Virus record (IMG/VR): IMGVR_UViG_3300042569_001383
Coordinates: 24,125-88,124 of that record
DNA: 64,000 nucleotides
DNA from: a virus
Taxonomy: Duplodnaviria; Heunggongvirae; Uroviricota; Caudoviricetes
Direction: 5' to 3' (one strand)
The translations under genes and the position numbers were made by a program. The notes below the pieces were generated by a model. That model was not told the origin of the DNA, made no database searches, and saw nothing but the letters and a program-made list of their open reading frames with translations. Below, piece after piece: positions 48,091-57,798 of this stretch. Within the stretch, counting starts at the first letter, position 1. Each line of letters begins with the position of its first letter.

Positions 48091-49946
48091 TATTTTATCT
48101 CACATGCACCGCCTGCACACGCTAACTCGCCTGACAAGTCGGTATTATCATCTAATTCAATTACTTGACTCAAATCAATGTTATGAAGTGATTGCATCAT
48201 CGTGTCATATGTTTCTTTGCTACAATCTTCGAAGGGAGCTTGCGTATACGTTCCTCCATTATAGGGTAAAACTGATAAACCGTTGTAATGATCTCTGTTT
48301 TCCCACATCCATTCTCCAGCCAAGTCCCATTCATCATCTTTCAACGATACCGTTGCTGATACGTTGTGTGTATTGTTTCCAGTTCTATGTCCCGGTTTAA
48401 CCCATTCCAAATGTACTTTTTTAATACGGTCCAATAATTGGAAAGGAGATTCAAAACGCATAATTGCGCCTTCTGGTGCTTTTTGTGGAATTGAAATAAC
48501 TGCAGTATCGTGTGGACGGAAATATTCATCTTCAATCAATTCCGGATGGTTTGTTGCTAAATATGAATAAATTGCTTCATTTTTTCCTACACGGATACGA
48601 CGAATATAATAATCATTGTGCCATGCGTGTATTCCTGAACTCGTTCCTAATGCTAATGATGTTGTTCCTGCTGGTTTAACCGTTGTAGTACGTGCTGAAC
48701 GATTAATTCCGATTAATTCTGCTACTCTTGCATTTTCTTCTTTAACTGCTTTTGCTGCGGATTTCATATCATAGCCTAATACGGTGCCAGATCCAATACC
48801 TGTCATTGATACACCAATTAATGCATCTTTTTCAGTGGTTCTTTGCCAAATTGGACGTAGATAATGGAAACTAGTATATCCTGCTTGAAGCGTACCAATA
48901 AATGCAGCTGCGCGAACTCGTGCTTCTAAATCTTCTTGTGATTCAATATCAGATGCATTTACTTCGCATAAATTACAGAATTGGAAAGGACGTAATGCAA
49001 TTTCACAACATGGATTAGTTCCCCAATCTTTATCATTTGTCAAATAAATTCCAGGTTCTCCAGCTCCAGATAATTCAACACGTTTCCATAAATCCATAAA
49101 GAATTCTTTGGTAAGTTTATGGCGCATCAATGTTGCGGAGTTATTTGCACGACCTCTTTGTGGATTTGTTTCCCACCAATTTCCTGATTTACATGCAATC
49201 ATTTCTTCATCGTCTGCAGAGAACAAACTAATCAATGCTGCTCTACGAATACCACCTGCTAACACTGCATCAGCAACATGGCATACCATATCATGTACTT
49301 CGATTGGAGATAGTTTATCGCCATCTTCTTTTGCATCCAAAATACCTTGTAATTTAATCAAACATTCTTTTAAAGGCTGCGGTCCTGGAGCTTTTCCTCC
49401 CGATGTAACCAATCTTGCTCCTTTTTGACGAATGTCGGAAAAATCAAAAGTAAATGATGAACCTCCTGTGAAATATGATTTAACGAGTACTTTAACAGCA
49501 TCTGCCCAACCTTCAATTGAATCTGCAATCAAGTATCGACGATTCTTTTTAGGATTTGGTTTGTGTATTTCTGGTAATTGTTCAACATGATGTTTTTGAA
49601 CCGAATAACCTACTCCAGTTCCACCTAATAAAAGGAACATTGCTTCACCAAATGCTCTGTGGTCATCAATTGGTAAATATGCACAATTATAAATTCTATT
49701 AGGCGAAATTTCAATTGGTTTTCCTCCGAATTGCAAGCTACGCATCGATGGCAATACTTTTTTATCATAAACAAAACGATATGCAGATTCAATTTCCGTT
49801 TCTAGTTCCGGATATTTTTTAATGTGCATTTGCTTGTTTCTTGTAACTAATTCTTCCCATGTTTCTCGACGATTGAGTTCCGGAAGATATTTTGCATACT
49901 TCATGTATACAGTAATCTCGCTTAAAATTTTGTTGGAAATTTCCAT
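48090..49946 (-). CDS. ribonucleotide reductase catalytic subunit (likely class II, adenosylcobalamin-dependent; no NrdB seen)
   Basis: NPCCEIALRPFQFCNLCEV parallels the NPCGEI ... CNL active-site finger. C-terminal ACAGGACEIK redox Cys pair. 618 aa. Confidence 0.75.
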   Translation of the reverse strand: MEISNKILSEITVYMKYAKYLPELNRRETWEELVTRNKQMHIKKYPELETEIESAYRFVYDKKVLPSMRSLQFGGKPIEISPNRIYNCAYLPIDDHRAFGEAMFLLLGGTGVGYSVQKHHVEQLPEIHKPNPKKNRRYLIADSIEGWADAVKVLVKSYFTGGSSFTFDFSDIRQKGARLVTSGGKAPGPQPLKECLIKLQGILDAKEDGDKLSPIEVHDMVCHVADAVLAGGIRRAALISLFSADDEEMIACKSGNWWETNPQRGRANNSATLMRHKLTKEFFMDLWKRVELSGAGEPGIYLTNDKDWGTNPCCEIALRPFQFCNLCEVNASDIESQEDLEARVRAAAFIGTLQAGYTSFHYLRPIWQRTTEKDALIGVSMTGIGSGTVLGYDMKSAAKAVKEENARVAELIGINRSARTTTVKPAGTTSLALGTSSGIHAWHNDYYIRRIRVGKNEAIYSYLATNHPELIEDEYFRPHDTAVISIPQKAPEGAIMRFESPFQLLDRIKKVHLEWVKPGHRTGNNTHNVSATVSLKDDEWDLAGEWMWENRDHYNGLSVLPYNGGTYTQAPFEDCSKETYDTMMQSLHNIDLSQVIELDDNTDLSGELACAGGACEIK

Positions 49947-49988
49947 GTGTATAATCTTGTTTTAATAAATTTATAAATTGTTTTTAGA

Positions 49989-50017
49989 TAAAAAAAGGCC
50001 GGAATTACTTCCGAACC
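49989..50017 (-). terminator. rho-independent terminator downstream of the helicase gene
   Basis: Minus-strand reading GGTTCGGAAGTAATTCCGGCC followed by TTTTTTT (plus-strand A-run 49990-49996), i.e. a CGGAA-loop-TTCCG hairpin with a U-tract. Confidence 0.4.
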
Positions 50018-50038
50018 TAATTTTATATAAATATAGTT

Positions 50039-51394
50039 TTAACCTAAACTTCCACCCAAATCTTTGAATTTTTGAGCTAAATTTTTCTTAATTAAATTCT
50101 CGCCAGTTTTCATTGTTTGGGTTGTTTGCTTGCCTTGAGTTGTTTGTGGTTCAAAGAATTGGAATTGCCCATTATTAGTATTAATTTTACTTGGAAGCGT
50201 AATTCCATCTGGTCCGAAACGATTCTTAATAACATGTCCACGTCCTGTACCTGACATTTTATCTTCAACTTTTCTAGAAAGTGACATTAAGAAATCCGCA
50301 ACCATTACTTTACCATATGAAGATGCTATTTTGTCAGCTTCGATAACATCTTCCTCCAAAGCAGATCTACCTGCTTGTGAAGCGGTCCAAATAGGGATAT
50401 CGTACTCTCCTGCCATTCCGCGTAATTCTTCATATAATTCTTCAAGTGCTTCATGTTTGTCTTTTTTAGCATTAATTTTTAATAAATCGCCGTAATCTAC
50501 AATAACTAATTTTGGCGTTTTACCCATCATTATGGTTTTTTCAAAATGTGCTTTTAATCCTAATACACCGACTGATTTTGTTGGAAAATATTTTACAATT
50601 AAATCGCCACGCAATGAATCCATTTTCTCTTGCACCGTGTCTTGATGATGTTTCAAGGTTTGTGCATTGATACCCGTTAATACCGAGTCATATCGTTGTC
50701 CGACATAATTTTCATTGAGCTCCAATGTATAATGTATAACGGTATGTCCGGCTTTAATTGCATTTGCACCAATATTAATAAGCATCCACGATTTACCAAT
50801 ACCTGCAGGTGCCATTACTACTCCTAATTCACCTGGAGCTAAACCGCCGTCCATTAAATCATCTACTACGTCCCATCCCGTTGTAATGGTATGTCGCGAC
50901 GCCTCCGCATATCGTGCTGAAATATTTGCTTTGTAATCCAAACCAATATTGGTGTCAGCACCAGCTTTCATAGCCCCATCAATCTTAGTTTTTATCTCAT
51001 CGTAGTTACCCATTTTAAGTAAACCTACCGAATCCATAATTGCACGCTTAATTTCTTGATTCTTACAAAATTTAAGAATTTCATCTTTCACAAAAGAAAG
51101 GTCATCGGATTCCATGTAGCGGAATACTTCCTTTAATTGTTCTAAGATTGCCGTCTTTAATATGTCATTATCAATTTCAGTAATTTTAACCTTAAGTACG
51201 TCTTTTGAAGGAGGTGTTTTGTATTCTCTGAAGTGAGTAAGAATGATTTCCAATAACCAACTATTTGCATCTGATTCAAAATAGTCTGCTTGTATTATAT
51301 CTGCTATTTGTTGTAGGAATGCTCTGTCCGTAAACATTGCAGCTAAAACTTTTACTTGAAAGCCGTAGCCGTATTCCGATAATTTATCTGTCAT
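50039..51394 (-). CDS. replicative DNA helicase (DnaB/T4 gp41-like)
   Basis: Walker A GVVMAPAGIGKSW, Walker B LVIVDYGDLL, and the RecA-like C-terminal domain pattern. Confidence 0.85.
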   Translation of the reverse strand: MTDKLSEYGYGFQVKVLAAMFTDRAFLQQIADIIQADYFESDANSWLLEIILTHFREYKTPPSKDVLKVKITEIDNDILKTAILEQLKEVFRYMESDDLSFVKDEILKFCKNQEIKRAIMDSVGLLKMGNYDEIKTKIDGAMKAGADTNIGLDYKANISARYAEASRHTITTGWDVVDDLMDGGLAPGELGVVMAPAGIGKSWMLINIGANAIKAGHTVIHYTLELNENYVGQRYDSVLTGINAQTLKHHQDTVQEKMDSLRGDLIVKYFPTKSVGVLGLKAHFEKTIMMGKTPKLVIVDYGDLLKINAKKDKHEALEELYEELRGMAGEYDIPIWTASQAGRSALEEDVIEADKIASSYGKVMVADFLMSLSRKVEDKMSGTGRGHVIKNRFGPDGITLPSKINTNNGQFQFFEPQTTQGKQTTQTMKTGENLIKKNLAQKFKDLGGSLG

Positions 51395-51429
51395 ATAACC
51401 AATATAATTAAAATATGTTTAAAACCAAA

Positions 51430-52479
51430 TTAAATTTGTGTTTGTTTTGCAAAAGCGTTTAATGATAACCATGTATTAGTTAACCACTCTGGTAAATTTT
51501 TCATTACAGACCACATTTTATCTTCATAAAACAGTCTTTGAAATTCACTGCGATTAAGTTCTGGTATAGGTTGTCCTACAATGCCTCGAATTTTTGTTGC
51601 CGTTTGCGCTGGAATATCTAACAATTTAATATTCATTAAACGATAATTTTTATCAATTACATCGTAATTTGCTAGTACTTTTTGATGATTTTTCGACTCC
51701 GTTAATAAATTACATTTATTGCGTAAATCATCCAATGTAAATTCTTTGGTGCTAGCAAGTTCCGGAAACGTTTTCAATATAGTTTTTGGACCAAAACCAT
51801 CGACACCTGGAATATTATCTGATGCATCGCCTGTAAATGTTCGATACACAACATAGTTCATTGGGTGTACTCCAAATTCTTCTAACAATGCCGCTTCATC
51901 ATACATTTTCTTTTTAATAGGTGACCATACTTGTATAGCAGGACTTATTAATTGATAAAAATCGCGATCCGTTGATACAATTGTCATTTTTTTGCAAACA
52001 TCTTGATACATGTCAGCAACGTATGCAATTGTATCGTCTGCTTCAATTCCATCCATTGATATAAATGTAATTGGCAAATTATCTAAGTATGAAATCAACC
52101 GACTAAATTGATGTCGCATTGATTCTTGTTCTTGTTCCAATGTAGTTTCGTGATGATCGTGTCTTCGCAATTTAGTTTTATTGGCTCTATTGCCTTTGTA
52201 ATCACCGTATATTTTTTTGCGTTTTGCAGATCCACCTTTACCATCAAATACGATAATCAATCGAGTTGGGCGAAAATCACGCACAGTTTTTCCAACAGAA
52301 TATAAAAATCCGGATATTCCTCCGATGTGGTCACCATCCTCGTTATAACTAGGCGTGGCGCCAAAGCTACGAATAAAAGTATTCAAGCCGTCAACCAACA
52401 TGATATGATCATCGACGTTTGACGGACTTGAAAGCTTTTCTTTTTGTAACTCTTTAAACAATTTTTGATACTTATTCAT
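51430..52479 (-). CDS. 5'-3' exonuclease / flap endonuclease (T4 RNase H-like)
   Basis: IMLVDGLNTFIR N-terminal motif and acidic clusters (DGIEADD, TDRDFYQL) of the FEN family. Confidence 0.8.
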   Translation of the reverse strand: MNKYQKLFKELQKEKLSSPSNVDDHIMLVDGLNTFIRSFGATPSYNEDGDHIGGISGFLYSVGKTVRDFRPTRLIIVFDGKGGSAKRKKIYGDYKGNRANKTKLRRHDHHETTLEQEQESMRHQFSRLISYLDNLPITFISMDGIEADDTIAYVADMYQDVCKKMTIVSTDRDFYQLISPAIQVWSPIKKKMYDEAALLEEFGVHPMNYVVYRTFTGDASDNIPGVDGFGPKTILKTFPELASTKEFTLDDLRNKCNLLTESKNHQKVLANYDVIDKNYRLMNIKLLDIPAQTATKIRGIVGQPIPELNRSEFQRLFYEDKMWSVMKNLPEWLTNTWLSLNAFAKQTQI

Positions 52480-53642
52480 TATCCTTCTTCGTCGTAAACT
52501 TCATCGGTGATAATTACATCATCAATTCCGCCATCGATTCCTGCTTGATATTTGAAAATATACGCATCGCAAATTCTCTGATATAACCGTTCTTTAATTT
52601 CCGGGTGTTCTATCACCTTTTCCATAAAGTTTTTTGATTGAAATTTAACTTCGCCATGAACAACCCCAGTTTCAATATCTACATCTTCCAATGTATAATG
52701 TGCTCCAGATTGTTTAACTAAGTCAAATTTCTTCATTGTTTCTAACCAACCTCCATAATTGTCAATTCCGCTATCATAATAGATTTCGTAATTTACTTTT
52801 CTATGTGGCGGTCCCATTCGATTTTTAACAACTTGAACTTCGGTTTTACTTCCTACTACTTGTTCAACGCCATTAATTTTTGCTTTAATCATTCCGGTGT
52901 TTTTAAGACGCAATCTAACCGATGCGTGGAATGGAATTGCTTTACCACCCGCAGTTGTCCATTGGTCTCCAAATGAAACTCCCATTTTTGTACGAAGCTG
53001 ATTGGTAAATATCAAACAAATTCTTTCTCTTGCAATCCAATTGGTTACTTTACGCATTGCTTTGGATAAGATAATTGATTTTGATGTTGCATACCCATCT
53101 TTATCGTATTCAGCTGACATTTCTATTTTTGTCGATGCACCCATGATTGAATCCACAATAATCGTAACTAAACGATCTTTGTCTGATTTACGTACTTGTT
53201 CTACAATTGTTTCGATTGTTTCAAATATTTCTTCAACCGTTTCCATTGGAACATACAACATGGTTTTTAAATCAACTCCAATTGCTGTCAAAAATTCAGA
53301 ACTAGTTGCAGCTTCAGTATCAATATAAACTGCCAATCCACCTTTTTTCTGCGTTTCTGCTAAGGTATGTGACGCTAGCAATGATTTACCCGATGCTTCT
53401 AAACCGGTAATTTCAGTAATCCGCCCGACAGGAAATCCTCCATTAGGGCGGTTTGAGATTGCTAAATCAAGTGAGTCGCATCCTGATGAAATCCATTCTT
53501 TAACGTTGCTAGGAGAATCATCATCCCCATCTAAAAAGAATGCAGTTTTAAGTGCTTGACCTTTAAATTGTTTGTTGATACTATCTGCTAACGTGTTTGC
53601 TAAACTGTCTTCCAGTTCTGACTTACTTTTTGTTTTAGCCAT
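52479..53642 (-). CDS. UvsX/RecA-family recombinase
   Basis: Walker A GLEASGKS, Walker B IIVDSI, RecA-like L1/L2 region. Confidence 0.85.
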   Translation of the reverse strand: MAKTKSKSELEDSLANTLADSINKQFKGQALKTAFFLDGDDDSPSNVKEWISSGCDSLDLAISNRPNGGFPVGRITEITGLEASGKSLLASHTLAETQKKGGLAVYIDTEAATSSEFLTAIGVDLKTMLYVPMETVEEIFETIETIVEQVRKSDKDRLVTIIVDSIMGASTKIEMSAEYDKDGYATSKSIILSKAMRKVTNWIARERICLIFTNQLRTKMGVSFGDQWTTAGGKAIPFHASVRLRLKNTGMIKAKINGVEQVVGSKTEVQVVKNRMGPPHRKVNYEIYYDSGIDNYGGWLETMKKFDLVKQSGAHYTLEDVDIETGVVHGEVKFQSKNFMEKVIEHPEIKERLYQRICDAYIFKYQAGIDGGIDDVIITDEVYDEEG

Positions 53643-53652
53643 TTATAACTCC

Positions 53653-54444
53653 TTACTTGAATAAATCATTAAATGCAGCAGAAACGTCTTCTACTTTAGT
53701 TGCAGCTGGTGCAGTTGCTTTTGAAGTTTTTGCTGGTGCCGTTGTTGGTGCATCATCTTCATCTTCATCTTCGGTTGAACTTACATCAGAATCAGCATTT
53801 TCTGGATTCATCCATTCTGTTAATGCTTTTTCCAATTCGTCATACGTTGGCTCCGGGAATAAATCAGTGATTTGTGGCTGATTCATAATTTTTTGTGCAA
53901 TCTCTTTGTCTTCGGTTGCCGGTTGTGTGTTAGGTTTAACACGAATTGATGTTTTAGGATAATTTGCTCCTTCTGCTGGAGTAAATTCTACATCGATATC
54001 ACGACCATTCATTAAGTCGGTAATATCACCGTAATCTGGATCTGAAATAATTGATAATAATTCAGTGTAGATTTGTTTTCCGAATCCCCAGAATTTAACT
54101 CCTTCTGATTCTTTTCCACGAACGATTACAGGAACATAAGTTCTCATTTTCGGTTCGATTTTACGACCCATTAACCACTCATCTTTGTCGCCAGTTTTCT
54201 TAAGTTTGTCTGCGAATTCAACGATTGGATCTGGGTTTCCAAATGTGATTGGAGATAACATTGAACGTTTTGCAATGTCATAATGAAAATACAATTCTAA
54301 GAACGGATTTTCTTTTCTGTGTACGTAAGGTACGATTCGGATTCTTGTTTTGCCTGATTCAGGTTTCCACAAATTTTGTTTTTTGTCATCAGCTTTGTTT
54401 AACTGATTTAGTTTTGCCTTAATTGCTGTTAAATCTAACGCCAT
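53653..54444 (-). CDS. single-stranded DNA-binding protein (T4 gp32-like)
   Basis: N-terminal KAKLNQLNK ... WKPESGKTRIRIVP parallels the gp32 N-terminus. Acidic C-terminal tail (EDEDEDD). Sits between uvsX and downstream genes. Confidence 0.55.
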   Translation of the reverse strand: MALDLTAIKAKLNQLNKADDKKQNLWKPESGKTRIRIVPYVHRKENPFLELYFHYDIAKRSMLSPITFGNPDPIVEFADKLKKTGDKDEWLMGRKIEPKMRTYVPVIVRGKESEGVKFWGFGKQIYTELLSIISDPDYGDITDLMNGRDIDVEFTPAEGANYPKTSIRVKPNTQPATEDKEIAQKIMNQPQITDLFPEPTYDELEKALTEWMNPENADSDVSSTEDEDEDDAPTTAPAKTSKATAPAATKVEDVSAAFNDLFK

Positions 54445-54548
54445 AAGTCTTCCTTTTGTTAATTTGTTAATATATACTTGTTTACTTATTAATTATAATT
54501 AATAAATGCGATAATTCAAAGTTAATTGTTAAGTTTTTTTGTTTTTTT

Positions 54549-54800
54549 TTAATATCCGTCATTTTCAATATCATCGGCAAGTTTTTCAATTGCTTTGATA
54601 ATTGGAAGAATTTGACGATTATACATTTGTTGTTTACCAGGTTGTTCTGTAATGTCATCAACATCATCAGCTGTCATGGTGGTAAGTTCAGCTATTGCAT
54701 TTAAAATATGCTGGTATACTTTCTTTTCAGAATCTGATAATGGGCTCGTTGCTGATGCTTTGTATTCTTGTTCTTTAAGAAAGTTTTTTAATTTAATCAT
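54549..54800 (-). CDS. hypothetical protein
   Basis: 83 aa. Motif B-like element upstream at 54808-54826. Confidence 0.3.
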   Translation of the reverse strand: MIKLKNFLKEQEYKASATSPLSDSEKKVYQHILNAIAELTTMTADDVDDITEQPGKQQMYNRQILPIIKAIEKLADDIENDGY

Positions 54801-54824
54801 TGCGGTTCCTTATATAAATAAATA

Positions 54825-55211
54825 TTACTTCCAAGAAATTTTCTTGAAAAATACAAGGTCAATTACCCGGTATCCTGAATCTTCAGTTAATATAAATGAA
54901 TTATGATACATCGTCCAATCCAGTTGGTAAGATTTATCTAACACGCCGTTGTTTACTGCCAAGATTATCTCATTCAAAGCATTTACTGTATACAATGTGT
55001 TTGTCTCTTTTTTACGATGTATGCTAATAGTATTCTGTCCGCGTTGTGTACCAACATCTGCATTATATGTGCAATACAAATTATCCGTTGCATCTGCATT
55101 AGCAAATACAAATATTCTGCGTTCTGGTATTATGTAATTTTGTTGTACGTAATCTACAACTATGTTTAAATCTGATTTATGTGCAAAAGTGCACAATAAT
55201 TGTGTTTTCAA
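54825..55211 (-). CDS. hypothetical protein
   Basis: 128 aa ORF. Confidence 0.3.
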   Translation of the reverse strand: MKTQLLCTFAHKSDLNIVVDYVQQNYIIPERRIFVFANADATDNLYCTYNADVGTQRGQNTISIHRKKETNTLYTVNALNEIILAVNNGVLDKSYQLDWTMYHNSFILTEDSGYRVIDLVFFKKISWK

Positions 55212-56452
55212 AATTCATATTCCTCGGTTATGTCGGTGTCGGTTAAATCAATTTTATCTGCACCAATTGCTTTTTCAATAATACGAATTTTGCCGGCATC
55301 TATTACTACATAACGGAAATCATTGGTAACTCGTATACGATCTTTTCTGAATACAATGAATTGCAAATCTCCAGCAACAATAGAATCTACAGCTTCTTGC
55401 AAATCCGTATCCAATGCATCAGGATTTCTAACGTATTTTAAACGTCGCAATTCTGCATTAATATATGTTATATCTCGGCTACCATCTTCAATTGGTTTAA
55501 TAACTAATGATCCATCCGGATTTTTTTTCAATGGTTCAATTGACATTTCTACCGGTGTTGCATTTGGTCCACGAAGTATAACATTGGTATATCCTTGAAT
55601 GTCGGAATTCAATGCATTTGCTTCGCGATAAAATTGCATTAAATAGCCTTTATCTTTCATGTTTAAATTGCCGGCTAAAATAAATGCACGGCGGTCATCT
55701 AAATATGCAATTGCATCAAGTAACGGTTGGTCGAAATATTTATGGAAATCATATTTTGGATTTTCTACTGTTCCGCGTAATTGATCTATGCGTTTCAATG
55801 TAGTTACAATTTCATCCCAAAATTTGAATCTGGTAACACTTCCTTTTGTTCCCAAACGAATTGATTTTGCATTGCCTTTTCCACCCGTATAATCTTTGAT
55901 TTCGTATGGTTGTCCGTTAGCTGTCATGTCGAAGGAAGAACCACCTCCGTTTATTTGCGAGCCATCAATTAACGTAGCCAAGAAAATTTCGCCTTTTCCT
56001 AATCCTTTTGGTTCCAATCTAAATAAATCATGTGCTAAACCGCTACGAATGTTGATTTGATTCAATGCATCTTCTGAAATACCATTTTGTGAATACAACA
56101 TGTTTGCAAATTCGATGCATTGTTCTTGTTGCATGCTATTTAAAAAATTCAATGTAATGCCATCTGCTTCTGTTGGTAGTAATCGTAAAAATGTTGCAAA
56201 TTGTTCCGATTTGCCAGCTTCACCAATTGCACTAGTTAACATTTGATTTTCTATGGAATCAAACTGAATCGATTCGGCAATCAATTCTTTTACATTGCCT
56301 TGTGCACGTTCAACAATTCGACGTGCTTCGTCATTTGATATGTTTGCTACTTCGAGAATAACATGATACAATACCTCATAATCCTTTGCTGTCGTAGGAT
56401 ATCCTTTTGGTAGTCTGTAACACCACTCCGTTAAAATTAAATCTATATTCAT
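55208..56452 (-). CDS. hypothetical protein with a possible PD-(D/E)XK-like nuclease core
   Basis: GEIFLATLIDG ... DMTANGQPYEIKD gives a D-x8-E-x-K arrangement after a beta-strand-like segment. 4 bp overlap with the downstream PolA-like gene. Confidence 0.3.
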   Translation of the reverse strand: MNIDLILTEWCYRLPKGYPTTAKDYEVLYHVILEVANISNDEARRIVERAQGNVKELIAESIQFDSIENQMLTSAIGEAGKSEQFATFLRLLPTEADGITLNFLNSMQQEQCIEFANMLYSQNGISEDALNQINIRSGLAHDLFRLEPKGLGKGEIFLATLIDGSQINGGGSSFDMTANGQPYEIKDYTGGKGNAKSIRLGTKGSVTRFKFWDEIVTTLKRIDQLRGTVENPKYDFHKYFDQPLLDAIAYLDDRRAFILAGNLNMKDKGYLMQFYREANALNSDIQGYTNVILRGPNATPVEMSIEPLKKNPDGSLVIKPIEDGSRDITYINAELRRLKYVRNPDALDTDLQEAVDSIVAGDLQFIVFRKDRIRVTNDFRYVVIDAGKIRIIEKAIGADKIDLTDTDITEEYEF

Positions 56453-57771
56453 ATTGTAATAATATTCATTTTATTATAATTATTGCCCGCTTTAATTTTA
56501 ACCGGAAAATTGCCTTGTTCTAATACATGTTTAATGGTTGGTAATAACACCTTTGCTTCGGAAAATTCAATATCAAACAATACAGAGTCATATGTATATA
56601 ACACCATGCAACTTTGATGACCATTTAACACATCTTGCACTTGCCGTAGCTTTTGTACAGATACTTCGGTTTCTACTGCTTGCAAATAGTAATTGAATAG
56701 CTTGTTTGCTGTCATGTTTTTCAAAGTATCTGCCGTTAATCGTCGTTTAATTATAGGGGTTTCAATGTAATGTTTAGATTTCCATGTTGCCCATAACTTG
56801 TATATAAAATCATTAACTAGTTTAAAAAATGGAATAGTTAAAAATTCAGAATCAATTCCACCGTAAAGTAGCCGGAATGTTATAGATTTGCTTTCTTCAC
56901 GTTGCGTGTCTGATAATTCCATTACACCAAAATAAAATCGTCCTAAATAATCATGTATTGATGATGTCGGCAATTCGTATTGCACTAATCTGGCAATCAA
57001 TCTAACGTGGTATGAATCGAAATCCATTTCCACCAATGCCCCATTATCAAAACGACTACAAAATGCACTACGAGTTCCATCTTCTTTGTTCATTGCTGCA
57101 AAATTGAAACCTCTAAACGCATTGCTAGGTCGACCCGTTAATGTATGATAATTATACTGCGTATACACTTTGTTTTGCGTAATCAATTCTGGCATTCGAA
57201 ATATATCGGTAACTGCTAATCCGGCAGATTCTAATTTAGCAAAAACTTGTGGATAAGTTTCATTGAATTGGTTGTATGAATCAGTCATTTTTGCATTGAT
57301 ACACATTGGCCAAGCATAGTGCCGGATCTTTTGACACATCTCTAAATGTTTTTGCAATGGAACAATTGCATTAATATGTTCCAAAGCAACATGCCGTCTC
57401 CAATAAAAACGATGGGCTGCAGTTGGATAATGCGATTCATCATAGGCTTCTCCGTATGTATACCACCACAACGTTTTAATATCCCAAACCTCGGTGTTTC
57501 CTCCCATATGAAGCCATTGCTTCTTGTCATGGATAAATATATTGCGTAATTCTAAAAACTCCGGGACAAGTTCTGGAAAGCCCCGTAATTGTTCCGTATG
57601 CCGTATTGGAATTAAATATTCTTCATCTGAATCTAGAAAAATATAAATTGCAATCAATTGAGTTTGAGATGCATGCATCACAGGACTTGCAAGTATTGGA
57701 ACTAACAATGTCTTGTACTCATGTATTCGATTCAATATGTTGCGTACGTCTTGTTCATGATCCAGTATCAT
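56449..57771 (-). CDS. family A (Pol I-like) DNA polymerase domain protein, minimal
   Basis: MDFDSYHVRLIARL (motif A, DYSQIELR-like), REESKSITFRLLYGG (motif B, RxxxKxxxFxxxYG) and VLYTYDSVLFDI (motif C, HDE-like). The track start at 57798 is a TTG extension. The first ATG at 57769-57771 directly follows motif A (57775-57790). Confidence 0.5.
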   Translation of the reverse strand: MILDHEQDVRNILNRIHEYKTLLVPILASPVMHASQTQLIAIYIFLDSDEEYLIPIRHTEQLRGFPELVPEFLELRNIFIHDKKQWLHMGGNTEVWDIKTLWWYTYGEAYDESHYPTAAHRFYWRRHVALEHINAIVPLQKHLEMCQKIRHYAWPMCINAKMTDSYNQFNETYPQVFAKLESAGLAVTDIFRMPELITQNKVYTQYNYHTLTGRPSNAFRGFNFAAMNKEDGTRSAFCSRFDNGALVEMDFDSYHVRLIARLVQYELPTSSIHDYLGRFYFGVMELSDTQREESKSITFRLLYGGIDSEFLTIPFFKLVNDFIYKLWATWKSKHYIETPIIKRRLTADTLKNMTANKLFNYYLQAVETEVSVQKLRQVQDVLNGHQSCMVLYTYDSVLFDIEFSEAKVLLPTIKHVLEQGNFPVKIKAGNNYNKMNIITI

Positions 57772-57774
57772 ACT

Positions 57775-57790
57775 ACAATTATATGAAAAA
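57775..57790 (-). promoter_or_regulatory. motif A variant immediately upstream of the PolA-like gene ATG
   Basis: Plus-strand acaattatatgaaaaa. Confidence 0.35.
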
Positions 57791-57798
57791 AAATTCAA

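Noticed and set aside
48029-48570. Plus-strand ORFs 48029-48400 and 48364-48570, and minus 48341-48535
   Set aside because: Nested in or antisense to the RNR gene.
53002-53328. 108 aa plus-strand ORF
   Set aside because: Antisense to uvsX/recA, which has intact Walker motifs.
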